This document shows positions 55,218 to 64,000 of a stretch of 64,000 nucleotides of DNA, piece by piece (positions within the stretch are counted from its first letter, which is position 1; every line of letters starts with the position of its first letter). The notes under the pieces are model-generated. The model made no database searches. It saw only the letters and a list, made by a program, of their open reading frames with translations, and was not told the DNA's origin. This DNA comes from Candidatus Micrarchaeota archaeon (GTDB lineage: Archaea; Micrarchaeota; Micrarchaeia; Micrarchaeales; CABMGC01). Location: positions 1,473 to 65,472 of the forward strand of contig JAJYJW010000001.1 of the NCBI GenBank assembly GCA_021789155.1, in the 5' to 3' direction. The translations under genes were made by a program, and so were the position numbers.

Positions 55218-56271
55218 CCTGTTCAAATCGTTGGACAAGGTGGATGCAGTGTTTCTGTTCAATTCTAGCTCTGCGGATCCGAATTTCACCTACTTTTCAT
55301 CGTTCAAAAGCGGCATATTCGAAGATACGTTCATGATAATAACGAGGAAGAAGATGATGGTTTTCACTTCCTCTTTAGAATACGGGACTGCTGTAGCACA
55401 GAAAAAGCAGGGAATGGAGATAATAAAAATATCCGAATCGGAGCACCTGGTAAAGCAATTCAGGAAGCATCTTTCCGCCAAGAACATCGGCGTAAACGGG
55501 AGGCTCCTGCCCATGCGCACCTACATGTGGCTGAAGAAAAACATTAAGCCGAAGACAGTCGTTGATGTTTCGGAGAAACTGGAAGAGGCAAGGCTGATTA
55601 AAACAAAGGATGAAATAGAGATTTTGAGGACCGCAATAAACATAACAAAAGCAGCGATGATCGAAATCGAAAAGCACCTTGTTAAAGGAATGACAGAAAT
55701 AGAACTCGCGGCAAAGTTCGGTGATGCTGTAGCCTCTTTAGGCGCATCTGGGCTCTCATTCCCTACTATAGTGTGTTTCGGCAAAAACGCGGCAGAACCG
55801 CACCACATGCCCGATGCTACGCGCTTAGTTGAAGGAGATCTTATTCTGGTAGATGCAGGAGCAAAAGTGGACAATTACTGCGCAGACATAACTCGCACCT
55901 TCTTTTTCGGCGACAATACAAAGCATGCTCTGTTTGAGATGTATAACATCGTCAAAGTGGCGCAATATAAGGCGATAAACTCAATAAAACCGGGGATAAA
56001 CGGCAGCGAAGTTCATGCAGTAGCAGAAGAGTACATCAATAATGCAAGCAGTGGAAAATATAGGGGCAAGTTCACGCATTCGTTGGGCCATTCTATCGGC
56101 GTCGAAGTTCACGATGGAAAGGGTTTTTCTAGCTCTGATTCTGGCAGCGCCAATCCTGTAAAACCCGGCATGGTCATAACCGTAGAGCCTGGGATATACG
56201 TAGAGGGACTGGGGGGAGTAAGGATAGAAGACGACGTGCTGGTTACAGAGAACGGATGCGAAGTTTTGTAG
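55180..56271 (+). CDS. Xaa-Pro aminopeptidase/dipeptidase (M24B)
   Basis: Creatinase-N-like N-terminus. [54 protein letters not shown] metal-ligand contexts. Confidence 0.85.
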   Translation: MERKSTVGQRLTNLFKSLDKVDAVFLFNSSSADPNFTYFSSFKSGIFEDTFMIITRKKMMVFTSSLEYGTAVAQKKQGMEIIKISESEHLVKQFRKHLSAKNIGVNGRLLPMRTYMWLKKNIKPKTVVDVSEKLEEARLIKTKDEIEILRTAINITKAAMIEIEKHLVKGMTEIELAAKFGDAVASLGASGLSFPTIVCFGKNAAEPHHMPDATRLVEGDLILVDAGAKVDNYCADITRTFFFGDNTKHALFEMYNIVKVAQYKAINSIKPGINGSEVHAVAEEYINNASSGKYRGKFTHSLGHSIGVEVHDGKGFSSSDSGSANPVKPGMVITVEPGIYVEGLGGVRIEDDVLVTENGCEVL

Positions 56272-56278
56272 TGGTTGT

Positions 56279-56920
56279 ATGGAAAAATACGCTTTATTGC
56301 TTGGCTATGGGATATTCGATGAGAAAAACGAGGAATACAAAAAGTATGTGGACGAGTTCGCCAGGTTTGTTGCTGAAAACTCAATAAAGAAAGTCATACT
56401 CTGCGGGGGCAAGACCAGCGTTAAGTTCCCTACAGTATCCGAAGCGGAATCAATAGCAAAATACCTTAACCCGAAAATTAGCGGTTCAAGCGTAATGCTA
56501 GTGGATGAATCGTTCACCGCGTATCAGAACATAAAGTTCGCGAAGAGGTTCATAAACGATATCAGCGACTCGCAGATTACCGTATTTTGCGATTCAATAC
56601 GCTACTTCAAGGTTATGTGGTTCATAATGCACGAATGGTTCAAAATGTCTAGAGATCAAATATTGAAACATTTACTTGATAAAGTAAATGAGCACTATAA
56701 AAAGAACATTTACGACGAAACCACGAGCATGGGCGCGATAATAATGAAGGAAGTAAAAGCATACAAAGGGGTAATTATAAATACGGTGCCGATACATCTG
56801 TCGGTGGATGCAGCCGTTGCGCAGCAGGCAGGCTCCCTTCTCGATATAGAAGCACTATACGACAAAAGCCTGGACAACAAGCTTCTTAAATTGACAGTGG
56901 CGAAGTCTGGATTCAAATAG
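56279..56920 (+). CDS. DUF218/YdcF-like protein
   Basis: [28 protein letters not shown]...[10 protein letters not shown] matches the GG..SEA...YL...E..S..T..N pattern of the family. Confidence 0.5.
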   Translation: MEKYALLLGYGIFDEKNEEYKKYVDEFARFVAENSIKKVILCGGKTSVKFPTVSEAESIAKYLNPKISGSSVMLVDESFTAYQNIKFAKRFINDISDSQITVFCDSIRYFKVMWFIMHEWFKMSRDQILKHLLDKVNEHYKKNIYDETTSMGAIIMKEVKAYKGVIINTVPIHLSVDAAVAQQAGSLLDIEALYDKSLDNKLLKLTVAKSGFK

Positions 56921-56957
56921 CTTGCCGCTTAAATACAGTTTGGGTCAATTCTCATTA

Positions 56958-57030
56958 GGGGAGTTCTGCTAGCTTGGTAGGCTTCCAGGTTCGGGTCCTG
57001 GCGACACGTGTTCAAATCACGTACTCCCCA
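56958..57030 (+). tRNA. tRNA-Pro (anticodon CGG)
   Basis: GGGGAGT/ACTCCCC+A acceptor; D loop AGCTTGGTA; anticodon arm CCAGG-TTCGGGT-CCTGG; T arm ACGTG-TTCAAAT-CACGT. Confidence 0.85.
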
Positions 57031-57064
57031 TATTGGCACAACGTCGCTAAGCGTAAAGCTTGTC

Positions 57065-57946
57065 ATGCTTATTAATGAGCTCCTTTCAAACCAAATTGAT
57101 TTCATGTTGGCTAGTACGCGCGAGCAGGGTCTTTCGGTTCGCAATCAAACTGCGCTATTCAAGAGTGCACTAATGGGAAATACGGACGTTGCGATAACTA
57201 GCATATCAAAATTGTACAGGGACATGACTGATAGCTATTTTGGCTACGACGCCCAGGTGGAGAAATTAAGTGGCGGTGCGCCTAGCAGCATGGCAATACC
57301 TCTGCTTAATGCAATAAGCGACGTTTATGGCAAACTGAGCCGCATTCAGAAAGACGCAGTCCTCAACCAGACTTTGGAAATTTTGGATAAATATGATTTT
57401 TGGATTGTCAACGGCCCAATGGGCTCGGGCCATACAAGCACTATAAGGAATCCCCAGTACTTAGCCGAAATATGCATGCTATCCAATAACATGTACTGGC
57501 CAGGCCTTGATGAGGGTAGGATAATAATCACAATGCATGGCGGAAGCTGGCAGGCTATAAAGGAAGATCTTATAACCAAATACGGCTTCTTTGACAGGTC
57601 TGAGGCAAAAGACGCGGAAGGACATCCAATAGGCAGACCCAAAATATACAGTGACTTTCTTGTGGCGTATGCTTTCTTGCGTAAAGACATATCCAATTTC
57701 GGGGAAGAATTCGCGTCTGCGATAAACAAGAACTTCCTTGATCAGGTAATCACCGCGATAGTAAAACTGGAACTTCATAATGCGAAGACCCCAAAAGAGA
57801 TAGCGAAGCGCCTTTCAGCACTTGAGGATTTGCTTCCGGAATCATTGCACGCAAAACTCGAAAGCGCAGCATATACGGAAGGCTGGGTAGATGCGTATAA
57901 CTTTGCCACTGACAAGTTCCTTTACTACAGCAAGATGCGCTTGTAA
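57065..57946 (+). CDS. hypothetical protein (294 aa) upstream of the HerA-like ATPase
   Basis: Long ORF. ATG 57065 chosen because track start 57008 overlaps tRNA-Pro. No motif recognised. Confidence 0.5.
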   Translation: MLINELLSNQIDFMLASTREQGLSVRNQTALFKSALMGNTDVAITSISKLYRDMTDSYFGYDAQVEKLSGGAPSSMAIPLLNAISDVYGKLSRIQKDAVLNQTLEILDKYDFWIVNGPMGSGHTSTIRNPQYLAEICMLSNNMYWPGLDEGRIIITMHGGSWQAIKEDLITKYGFFDRSEAKDAEGHPIGRPKIYSDFLVAYAFLRKDISNFGEEFASAINKNFLDQVITAIVKLELHNAKTPKEIAKRLSALEDLLPESLHAKLESAAYTEGWVDAYNFATDKFLYYSKMRL

Positions 57947-57995
57947 ATCCCGCGTCCAATCCTGAGCGCATTACATATCTGGTTTAAACCTTTGG

Positions 57996-59561
57996 GTGCG
58001 TATGAGTAATATGCGGGTTGAGCTTTCCAGCAACATGTCTCTTGATTTGCAGAGCGTTCTTACCGGCAGGTGCTGCGTTATCGGACAAAGCGGAAGCGGC
58101 AAATCGTATCTTGTCGGAGTTATAGCCGAAGAGCTATCCAAGGCACAGCGCTCGTTCTTGATAGTCGATACCGAAGGCGAATACAAAGCCCTGAAGGGGA
58201 TAGCAAAAGTAATAACTATCGGTGCGGAAGATGCTGATTTAGGTTTGGACGTAGATTACGTTAACACCTTAACGCAGGCAATGGAATTCGGTATGCCCAT
58301 AGTCCTTGACGTGTCAGAAGTCGCAAACAAGCAAGAGTACGTTTACGGAGTTTTAGAAAAGCTGTATTCAATAGAAGAAACCGCCAGGAAACCGTTTCTA
58401 GTGATAATAGAGGAAGCTGATACTTTCGTGCCGCAGATAACCAAACAAAAGATAAACATAATAGAGGAGATAAGCGTGCGTGGCAGAAAGCGCGGCATAG
58501 GGCTGATGGTCGCTACACAAAGGCCTGCAAACATAAGCAAGAACGTGCTTGCGCAATGTTCCTATGGGTTCATAGGAAAGCTAACAATAGAGAACGACAT
58601 CAACGCGGTGAAAACCCTTTTGGAAGACAAGGTGCTGCTGTCAGAAGTGTCAAAACTAGGAACAGGCGAATTCATACCCTTCGGTCAGGCAGGCGCTGAA
58701 AAGTTCAGGGTAAAGCAACGAACTGCAAAGCATTACGGCGCAACCCCTTCATTAGGAGAAGTGTCCACTTCCAAGGACCTTTCCACAATAATAAACGAAC
58801 TAAAAGGATCGTCAAAGAATCAATCTGCCAAAATGCAGAGTGTATCTCACAGCATCTACACCCTCGATCAAACCAAAACGAACGAAGAGCTAATTAAAAA
58901 AGCGGGGGATCTGGCGAAGAAGCAGTTCATGTTCTTCGGAAAGCCGACTGAATCGGTGGAGAGCGTAAAGGAGAAATACCTGCCATTAGTACTTTTGGAA
59001 GTAAGAATTCCGACTGGAAAACGCAATGAATACGCTGAATCGAAAGCGTTGATAAGCTCGAAATCATCATTCGTGAAACTGGGCAAAAACGAAATACTTC
59101 AAATGAATTCGCCGCGAGTGGCTACTCTTTCCGATGACGACATAGACCTGCTGGAATTTGTTAGGAAGAAGCGCAACACAGAGTTCGCAGATATAGCGAA
59201 ACATTTGGAGATCAGCTCTGCACTGGCGACAAGCAGGGTCAGGAAGCTCGAGAAAGGCTCATTGCTCGCAGTCAAAAACAACACTGTCTCCGCAGTAAAT
59301 TATGAGAAGATGCTTAACGAGAATAATCTGAATGTAGTACAAAAATCAGCGCGAATAGGTTCGGCCGAATTGGCGTGCACGCCACCCGACAAGAAAGAAG
59401 CAAGGAAACTATTCAGGTATATTTTTCCAACTGCGCAGATTACCGCTGCCAAGATAATATATGTGCCATACAACGAGATAACATTAAGGAGCAAGAATAG
59501 AGTGAGAATATTCGCGATAGATTCCGTGTTTGGAAAAGAGATTAACATCAATGCGTTATGA
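57996..59561 (+). CDS. HerA/FtsK-superfamily (DUF87-type) P-loop ATPase with C-terminal wHTH-like and beta-rich extensions
   Basis: Walker A VIGQSGSGKSY, Walker B FLVIIEEADTF, GLMVATQRPANIS. C-terminal DIDLLEFVRKKRNTEFADIAKHLEISSALATSRVRKLEKGSLL (wHTH-like). Confidence 0.7.
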   Translation: MRMSNMRVELSSNMSLDLQSVLTGRCCVIGQSGSGKSYLVGVIAEELSKAQRSFLIVDTEGEYKALKGIAKVITIGAEDADLGLDVDYVNTLTQAMEFGMPIVLDVSEVANKQEYVYGVLEKLYSIEETARKPFLVIIEEADTFVPQITKQKINIIEEISVRGRKRGIGLMVATQRPANISKNVLAQCSYGFIGKLTIENDINAVKTLLEDKVLLSEVSKLGTGEFIPFGQAGAEKFRVKQRTAKHYGATPSLGEVSTSKDLSTIINELKGSSKNQSAKMQSVSHSIYTLDQTKTNEELIKKAGDLAKKQFMFFGKPTESVESVKEKYLPLVLLEVRIPTGKRNEYAESKALISSKSSFVKLGKNEILQMNSPRVATLSDDDIDLLEFVRKKRNTEFADIAKHLEISSALATSRVRKLEKGSLLAVKNNTVSAVNYEKMLNENNLNVVQKSARIGSAELACTPPDKKEARKLFRYIFPTAQITAAKIIYVPYNEITLRSKNRVRIFAIDSVFGKEININAL

Positions 59562-59614
59562 CTAGGCGTGCGCTTCCGCGTTTCCCATGTCTAGAAGACC
59601 CCAACTAAGAATCC

Positions 59615-60466
59615 TCATATTCCGAGGAAAATATAGGAAATTCCACCAATCATTGCTATTATACCTAGCGCTGCAGTCAGATATACTATTCTTGATCTAC
59701 CTGCTACTTTTATCAGGAAATCTATAAGGAATAAACTAACAAGTGTAGATGTTATTATCGCAGCCACCAAACCTACGCTGCCTATTGCGCTTAACGCAGC
59801 AATAACATTCTCCCTGCTGACTATCATGGTTAGGCTAGATGCGGCAATCGCTGCAAATATACCCACAAGAAACGAGAGCCTGAATGCTTCATCTGGCTCT
59901 ACATTAAGGAGAAGCATAGTACTCGTGGTTATGCCTGATCTGCTTACGCCCGGCAATGCTGCTATTCCCTGCGCTATTCCAACCAGTATGTAATCCTTCA
60001 ATGTCAAGTCTTCAAACTTCCTCGTGTTGTTTCCGAGTTTCTGCTTGTTTTTAGAATAATGAATCACAAACGCATCGCCAAGCAGCACAAGCCCTATGAC
60101 GATCATGGGTATGCCTATGGAAATTCCCTTTATCGAATCCGCAATCATGTACAAAGGGGCCCCAATTATGCCGGTGGCAACGGTTGCAACAACAACATAT
60201 GCAAGCAGCTTCTTGTTTCCCCCTTCTCTAGATCCAAGTAGTGCCTTGGCCAAACTTACAAGTTCGTTCCTGAAGTATATTACTGCGGCGAGTATCGTGC
60301 TCACCTCCATGAAAAGTCCAAACGAATACGCCTGCTGGAAATTGAGGCCGAGTAGGTAATTGGATGCAACAAGAACCTGGGTTTTGCTGCTTACTGGCAG
60401 CCATTCAGATATGCCTTGCACCAGTCCAATTATCACTGAATATGCCAATTGTACGATATCTACCAT
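59615..60466 (-). CDS. uppP: undecaprenyl-diphosphatase (UppP/BacA family)
   Basis: GLVQGISEWLPVSSKTQ, GIAALPGVSRSGIT; 8 TM helices. ATG 60466 preferred over 60550. Confidence 0.85.
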   Translation of the reverse strand: MVDIVQLAYSVIIGLVQGISEWLPVSSKTQVLVASNYLLGLNFQQAYSFGLFMEVSTILAAVIYFRNELVSLAKALLGSREGGNKKLLAYVVVATVATGIIGAPLYMIADSIKGISIGIPMIVIGLVLLGDAFVIHYSKNKQKLGNNTRKFEDLTLKDYILVGIAQGIAALPGVSRSGITTSTMLLLNVEPDEAFRLSFLVGIFAAIAASSLTMIVSRENVIAALSAIGSVGLVAAIITSTLVSLFLIDFLIKVAGRSRIVYLTAALGIIAMIGGISYIFLGI

Positions 60467-60532
60467 AATAGGGTTTCGGGATAAAAGGCTAAAAACCCTC
60501 TGATTCAGCAATCCTAATGTAAGGTTTTGATT

Positions 60533-61735
60533 ATGGTTATCACCGGCCAAGAATATGATGTTATAAGAACAGTTCTTGGTATAAGCACGCTGGTTCTTAG
60601 CGCCAGGTTGTTCGCGGCTGTCGCGTACCGCTTGAAGATACCTGGGGTTATAGGCGAAATATTCGCAGGAATAGTTTTCGGCCCTTATGCATTGGGTTCG
60701 TTCTTGCAGATCCTCGGAGCCCCATTGATAGACTTAAACCCATTGTTCCTTTCATTCTCGCAAATAGGCAGCGTAATAGTTCTTCTTTCTATAGGGCTTT
60801 CGTTCATGCCTGCGGATTTGCTATCCAGCGGAATCGCAGGCTCGGCAGTGGCGTTGTTCGGGGTGTTAGTGCCATTTACTTTAGGCTACCTTGCAACGAA
60901 TTATCTGGGCTTCGGGACGAATGCCAACGCCTTGATAGTGGGTGCATCCCTTACCGCAACAAGCATAGCTATAACGTACGAGGTGCTGCGCGAGCTCAAG
61001 AAGCACAAGACGAAAGAAGCCAAGATAATGGTCAGTGCCGCGATAGTTGACGACATATTGGGAATAATAATATTATCTATAGTTCTCGCCATAGCAGAAA
61101 ATGACACGCTGGCAATAGGCTCCATAGCCGCGCAATTCATCTTCACGTTCGTAGTGTGGATATCGCTAGCTGTGCTTGCGATGGTTTTCGCTCCGCGCGT
61201 AATAAAGCTCATAAGCAGGTCCGAGTCTGACGGCGCTGTTGAGGCCGGGGTTACGATGCTTACGTTTTCGTTTGCCATATTCGCAATGTTCCTAGGCATG
61301 TCCCCCATAGTGGGCGCGTTCGTCGTTGGGATGTCTCTATCAAAATCTGAGTTTTACAAAAAGATCAGATCCTTCGTTTCCCACTTGATGATGATTTTCG
61401 GACCGCTCTTCTTCGCGGTGATAGGGACATATCTTAATCCAGCAGTCATATCCCTGCAGAACGCATACATGATAGCGATATTTCTCGTAATAGCCGTAGC
61501 AAGCAAATATGTTGGATGCGCATTGCCTTCGATGCTATTTCTAAGGGATTGGAAGAAAGCGAGTACCATAGGGATAGGCATGGCAACCAGGGGTGAAATA
61601 GGTTTCATAATCTTGGGAGTAGCGCTCGCTGGAGGCGTAATATCGACAACAATATATTCGGTATTACTGGTCGTTCTCATAGCAACCGGCATAGTCGCGT
61701 CTATTCTGTTGCATGGGGCGTATGGAGGGGAATAG
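60533..61735 (+). CDS. cation:proton antiporter (CPA1/CPA2, Na+/H+ exchanger family)
   Basis: About 12 TM helices. PGVIGEIFAGIVFGP, AAIVDDILGIIILSI, GMATRGEIGFI. Confidence 0.8.
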   Translation: MVITGQEYDVIRTVLGISTLVLSARLFAAVAYRLKIPGVIGEIFAGIVFGPYALGSFLQILGAPLIDLNPLFLSFSQIGSVIVLLSIGLSFMPADLLSSGIAGSAVALFGVLVPFTLGYLATNYLGFGTNANALIVGASLTATSIAITYEVLRELKKHKTKEAKIMVSAAIVDDILGIIILSIVLAIAENDTLAIGSIAAQFIFTFVVWISLAVLAMVFAPRVIKLISRSESDGAVEAGVTMLTFSFAIFAMFLGMSPIVGAFVVGMSLSKSEFYKKIRSFVSHLMMIFGPLFFAVIGTYLNPAVISLQNAYMIAIFLVIAVASKYVGCALPSMLFLRDWKKASTIGIGMATRGEIGFIILGVALAGGVISTTIYSVLLVVLIATGIVASILLHGAYGGE

Positions 61736-61784
61736 AAGAAAAACCAAAATATATCAACCTTAACTTTTCATTACTTTAGATGCA

Positions 61785-62456
61785 ATGCTGTTATTCGTAG
61801 ACAGGTACGATGCTGGCAAACGTCTGGCGTCTGCACTTATGCAATTCAAGAACACTGACGCAGTGATAATGGCTATACCTAGAGGTGGAGTTGTTGTTGG
61901 CTACGAAGTTGCAAAAGCATTGAATCTTGAGATGGATCTGGTCATACCCAAAAAGATAAGGGCGGAAGGAAGCAATGAAACTGCCATCGGTGCGGTGATG
62001 GAGGACGGCAGCTACTACATAGACGAGCTTGCGGTTGCACAAACGCATTCGAGGAGAGACTACATAGAAAACGAGATAAAAGAGGAAATGCAAGAAGTGA
62101 AAAGACGCGAGGAGCTCTATCTTGATGGCAGAAAGAGAGTTGATGTTTTTGGCAGAGATGTCATAATAGTAGATGATGGGATAGCGTCAGGGTATGATAT
62201 GATAGCCGCGGAAAGGTTCATACGCGGAAAGAACCCTACCAGGATAATAATTGCGGTTCCAGTCGCACCTAGCAAGGCAGTAGGCAAACTCAATATCGAT
62301 GTAGATAACATAATCTGCCTGATGAACTCGGACATGTTTTCTTCGATAAGCGAACTGTATCTCGATTTTACGCCAGTTGAAGACGAGGAAGTTTTATCTC
62401 TGCTTAACGAATTATGGAATAGGAAATGGGAAACGCATAATGCGAAACCGCGTTAA
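61785..62456 (+). CDS. phosphoribosyltransferase-family protein
   Basis: PRPP-binding motif VIIVDDGIASGYDMIAA. N-terminus FVDRYDAGKRLA is typical of the 'putative phosphoribosyl transferase' group. Confidence 0.75.
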   Translation: MLLFVDRYDAGKRLASALMQFKNTDAVIMAIPRGGVVVGYEVAKALNLEMDLVIPKKIRAEGSNETAIGAVMEDGSYYIDELAVAQTHSRRDYIENEIKEEMQEVKRREELYLDGRKRVDVFGRDVIIVDDGIASGYDMIAAERFIRGKNPTRIIIAVPVAPSKAVGKLNIDVDNIICLMNSDMFSSISELYLDFTPVEDEEVLSLLNELWNRKWETHNAKPR

Positions 62457-62725
62457 ACGTTTTCATATATGTATGCGAATATTGCTCCTGCTATTGCTCC
62501 GTCGCAGAATCCCCATATCGCGCCTATCACTGCGCCAATGTACGATGCAGAATAACCTACATATATGGAGCCTATGGCATTGACAAACGCAAAAGCGTAC
62601 GTTCCTGTCATGGTGGCGAGTATGCCCGCAAGAAACATCCCCAGTCCCCACGTGACCCCCGCGGCAATCGCAGCTTTCTTTACTATGTTTACATTTCGCG
62701 TTGCCTTAGCTCTAGAATTTGCCAT
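62453..62725 (-). CDS. small glycine-zipper membrane protein (90 aa)
   Basis: GxxxG/A-rich TM helices (GAVIGAIWGFCDGAIAGAIFAYI). Convergent 4-nt overlap with the PRT gene. Confidence 0.45.
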   Translation of the reverse strand: MANSRAKATRNVNIVKKAAIAAGVTWGLGMFLAGILATMTGTYAFAFVNAIGSIYVGYSASYIGAVIGAIWGFCDGAIAGAIFAYIYENV

Positions 62726-62794
62726 GCATATCCATTATGTAACATATGCAAATACTAAAAAACTGATGCATTCTTTCTAGAACGGCACTATTAT

Positions 62795-63793
62795 ATGTTT
62801 GAAATACGGAAAATTATCATGAGCGATGCACGTTTGGAGCTTGCATACAAATATCCGTTCCTTCAATCGTCAAAAGAGCTCCTAGCAACCATGAACGTAA
62901 GCAAAATAGAAAGCAAACACCTTAACGCAGCGCTAATTCGAGTAAACGAAGCCATGAAAAGCGGCATAGTGGAATTCACGAAATCTCAAACGGAATCCAT
63001 ACAGGAATTGTATTTGATAAGCTACGTCTATTCTAGAATGTTGGTCAGCGCAACTGCAAGCATGCGTTCCGCTTATTCAATAATCGAGGCGTATGCCATG
63101 TCCGAAGCAAATAGAGCATGCACTGCCCTTGAATCTGAGAGCATTGAGAATTTGAAAAACGTATGTGATCAGATGGGATTAAGCGTGTCTGCGAATTCCC
63201 AGAGTTTTTCAATACCGTTTCACGAATACATAAAGTTTTCAACAACCAACCCCATGGTCTCGTTGGTATTCCAGAAACTCGGTGCTGGCCAGGTTATAAT
63301 GGATAAAACCCAGCTGATGAAATTCATGAGATATGCGTTTTTCTCTGTGATTGCAAAAGGGCTTCCTATTGAGGTCAAAACTATACCTAAAGAGGTTCTG
63401 GGATTGACAGGAAAAGTGGATATTAGCCAATTCGTGAAGAAGAGCGAAAGAACAACTGGTAGGAATACTACGGGGTGGATAGAACGCCTGCTCAACACAC
63501 CCCTTCCAGATTTCAGGCACAGGTTGGTAAACCTAATACTCGCGCCTTATCTGGTTAACGTAAGGAATCTGCAAATAGACGAAGCGGTAAGCATAATAAA
63601 CGAATACATAGAAAGATGCAAGAGAATAAATCCTGATACTAACGTAAATCCAGTATACATACGCTACCAATGTAACTACGCGAAACGGAGGGGCTTAAAA
63701 CCATATTCCCTTGCGAGTGCGCGAGAACTAATGGCAGGCTCGATAGATTTTGATTATATAGGAGGAGAAACAAAAGAGAAAAAAGATGAATGA
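62795..63793 (+). CDS. priL: DNA primase large (regulatory) subunit PriL-like protein
   Basis: N-terminus ARLELAYKYPFLQSSKELL, YVYSRMLVS..., and C-terminal GWIERLLNTPLPDFRHRLVNLILAPYLVNVRNLQIDEAVSIINEYIERC resemble archaeal PriL as I recall it. Confidence 0.55.
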   Translation: MFEIRKIIMSDARLELAYKYPFLQSSKELLATMNVSKIESKHLNAALIRVNEAMKSGIVEFTKSQTESIQELYLISYVYSRMLVSATASMRSAYSIIEAYAMSEANRACTALESESIENLKNVCDQMGLSVSANSQSFSIPFHEYIKFSTTNPMVSLVFQKLGAGQVIMDKTQLMKFMRYAFFSVIAKGLPIEVKTIPKEVLGLTGKVDISQFVKKSERTTGRNTTGWIERLLNTPLPDFRHRLVNLILAPYLVNVRNLQIDEAVSIINEYIERCKRINPDTNVNPVYIRYQCNYAKRRGLKPYSLASARELMAGSIDFDYIGGETKEKKDE

Positions 63794-63935
63794 AATGCCA
63801 GAGATACAAACTTTATGTCATCTGTGCGGAATGAACGCAATTCACGTGTGCAAATTATGCGGAAAGCACGTATGCGAACGCCACTATGCTTTGGATAAAG
63901 GAGTATGTGCAGGTTGCGCCTTAGGCAGGAAGTAA
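63786..63935 (+). CDS. 49-aa HIT-like zinc-finger protein, not in ORF track
   Basis: Hand-translated MNEMPEIQTLCHLCGMNAIHVCKLCGKHVCERHYALDKGVCAGCALGRK: C-x2-C-x7-C-x2-C-x4-C-x2-H-x7-C-x2-C. ATG overlaps the priL-like stop by 8 nt. Confidence 0.5.
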   Translation: MNEMPEIQTLCHLCGMNAIHVCKLCGKHVCERHYALDKGVCAGCALGRK

Positions 63936-64000
63936 GCTTAGCATATCGCTGAAATCTTTTGCCGAAGTGCCCTTTGGGAACACCTCTGCGTTAGGTGCGC

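Noticed and set aside
57008-57064. N-terminal extension of ORF 57008-57946.
   Set aside because: It overlaps the 3' half of tRNA-Pro (56958-57030), so the downstream ATG at 57065 is the more plausible start.
56958-59614. An integrated mobile element or provirus at tRNA-Pro carrying the HerA-like ATPase.
   Set aside because: No integrase, no repeat of the tRNA 3' end downstream and no capsid or replication genes were recognised. It is kept only as an accessory-module hypothesis.
1-64000. CRISPR arrays, cas genes, IS elements/transposases, toxin-antitoxin pairs and rRNA genes.
   Set aside because: None was seen. There are no regularly spaced repeats and no recognisable transposase, integrase or Cas motifs in any long ORF.

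Overview
Gene-dense archaeal chromosomal segment. Archaeal markers are the PolD large subunit, PCNA, a GINS-like protein, a PriL-like protein, aIF2-alpha, L44e, S3Ae, S15, SecY, proteasome beta, aCPSF1, SRP RNA and four tRNAs. Bacterial-type gyrase (gyrB-gyrA) is also present. Frequent start/stop overlaps (ATGA, TGATG) and 8-30 nt spacers suggest a small streamlined genome. A DPANN (Micrarchaeota-like) or Thermoplasmata-related lineage is plausible, but this is inference only; no search was possible. Main points of interest follow. (1) Four class-III-signal-peptide (type IV pilin-like) proteins carry a LamG/ConA-like domain, three in tandem (7266-10034) and one dispersed copy (39795-40679). 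Their N- and C-termini are near-invariant and their cores are divergent. The canonical opening-strand motif of the LamG_3 fold sits at the extreme C-terminus, which suggests circular permutation or inter-subunit strand donation. (2) A compact 10-gene type IV filament operon (21945-27787) has a FlaI/PilB-like ATPase, a platform split into two TadB/TadC-like halves, a tiny Flp-like pilin, a TadE-like protein and a 425-aa sequon-dense pilin-like protein. No prepilin peptidase is in the window. A flippase/GT2/GT-C glycosylation cluster lies at 32107-36667. (3) Two orphan HerA/FtsK-type P-loop ATPases carry winged-helix-like and extra C-terminal domains (47053-48690 and 57996-59561). The second lies next to tRNA-Pro and an unknown 294-aa protein, and neither has NurA/Mre11/Rad50 neighbours. 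(4) tRNA-Ser and tRNA-His carry insertions at non-canonical positions (D-loop and T-loop). (5) Smaller oddities are a gyrase operon extended by a HAD hydrolase and an unknown protein, a PriL-like gene translationally coupled to a 49-aa HIT-like zinc-finger ORF, a three-hairpin intergenic element flanked by a 15-nt direct repeat, and a conserved L44e/aIF2-alpha/PAC2 cluster lacking S27e and Nop10. No CRISPR array, transposase, integrase or rRNA was seen. All product calls rest on motif recognition by eye.
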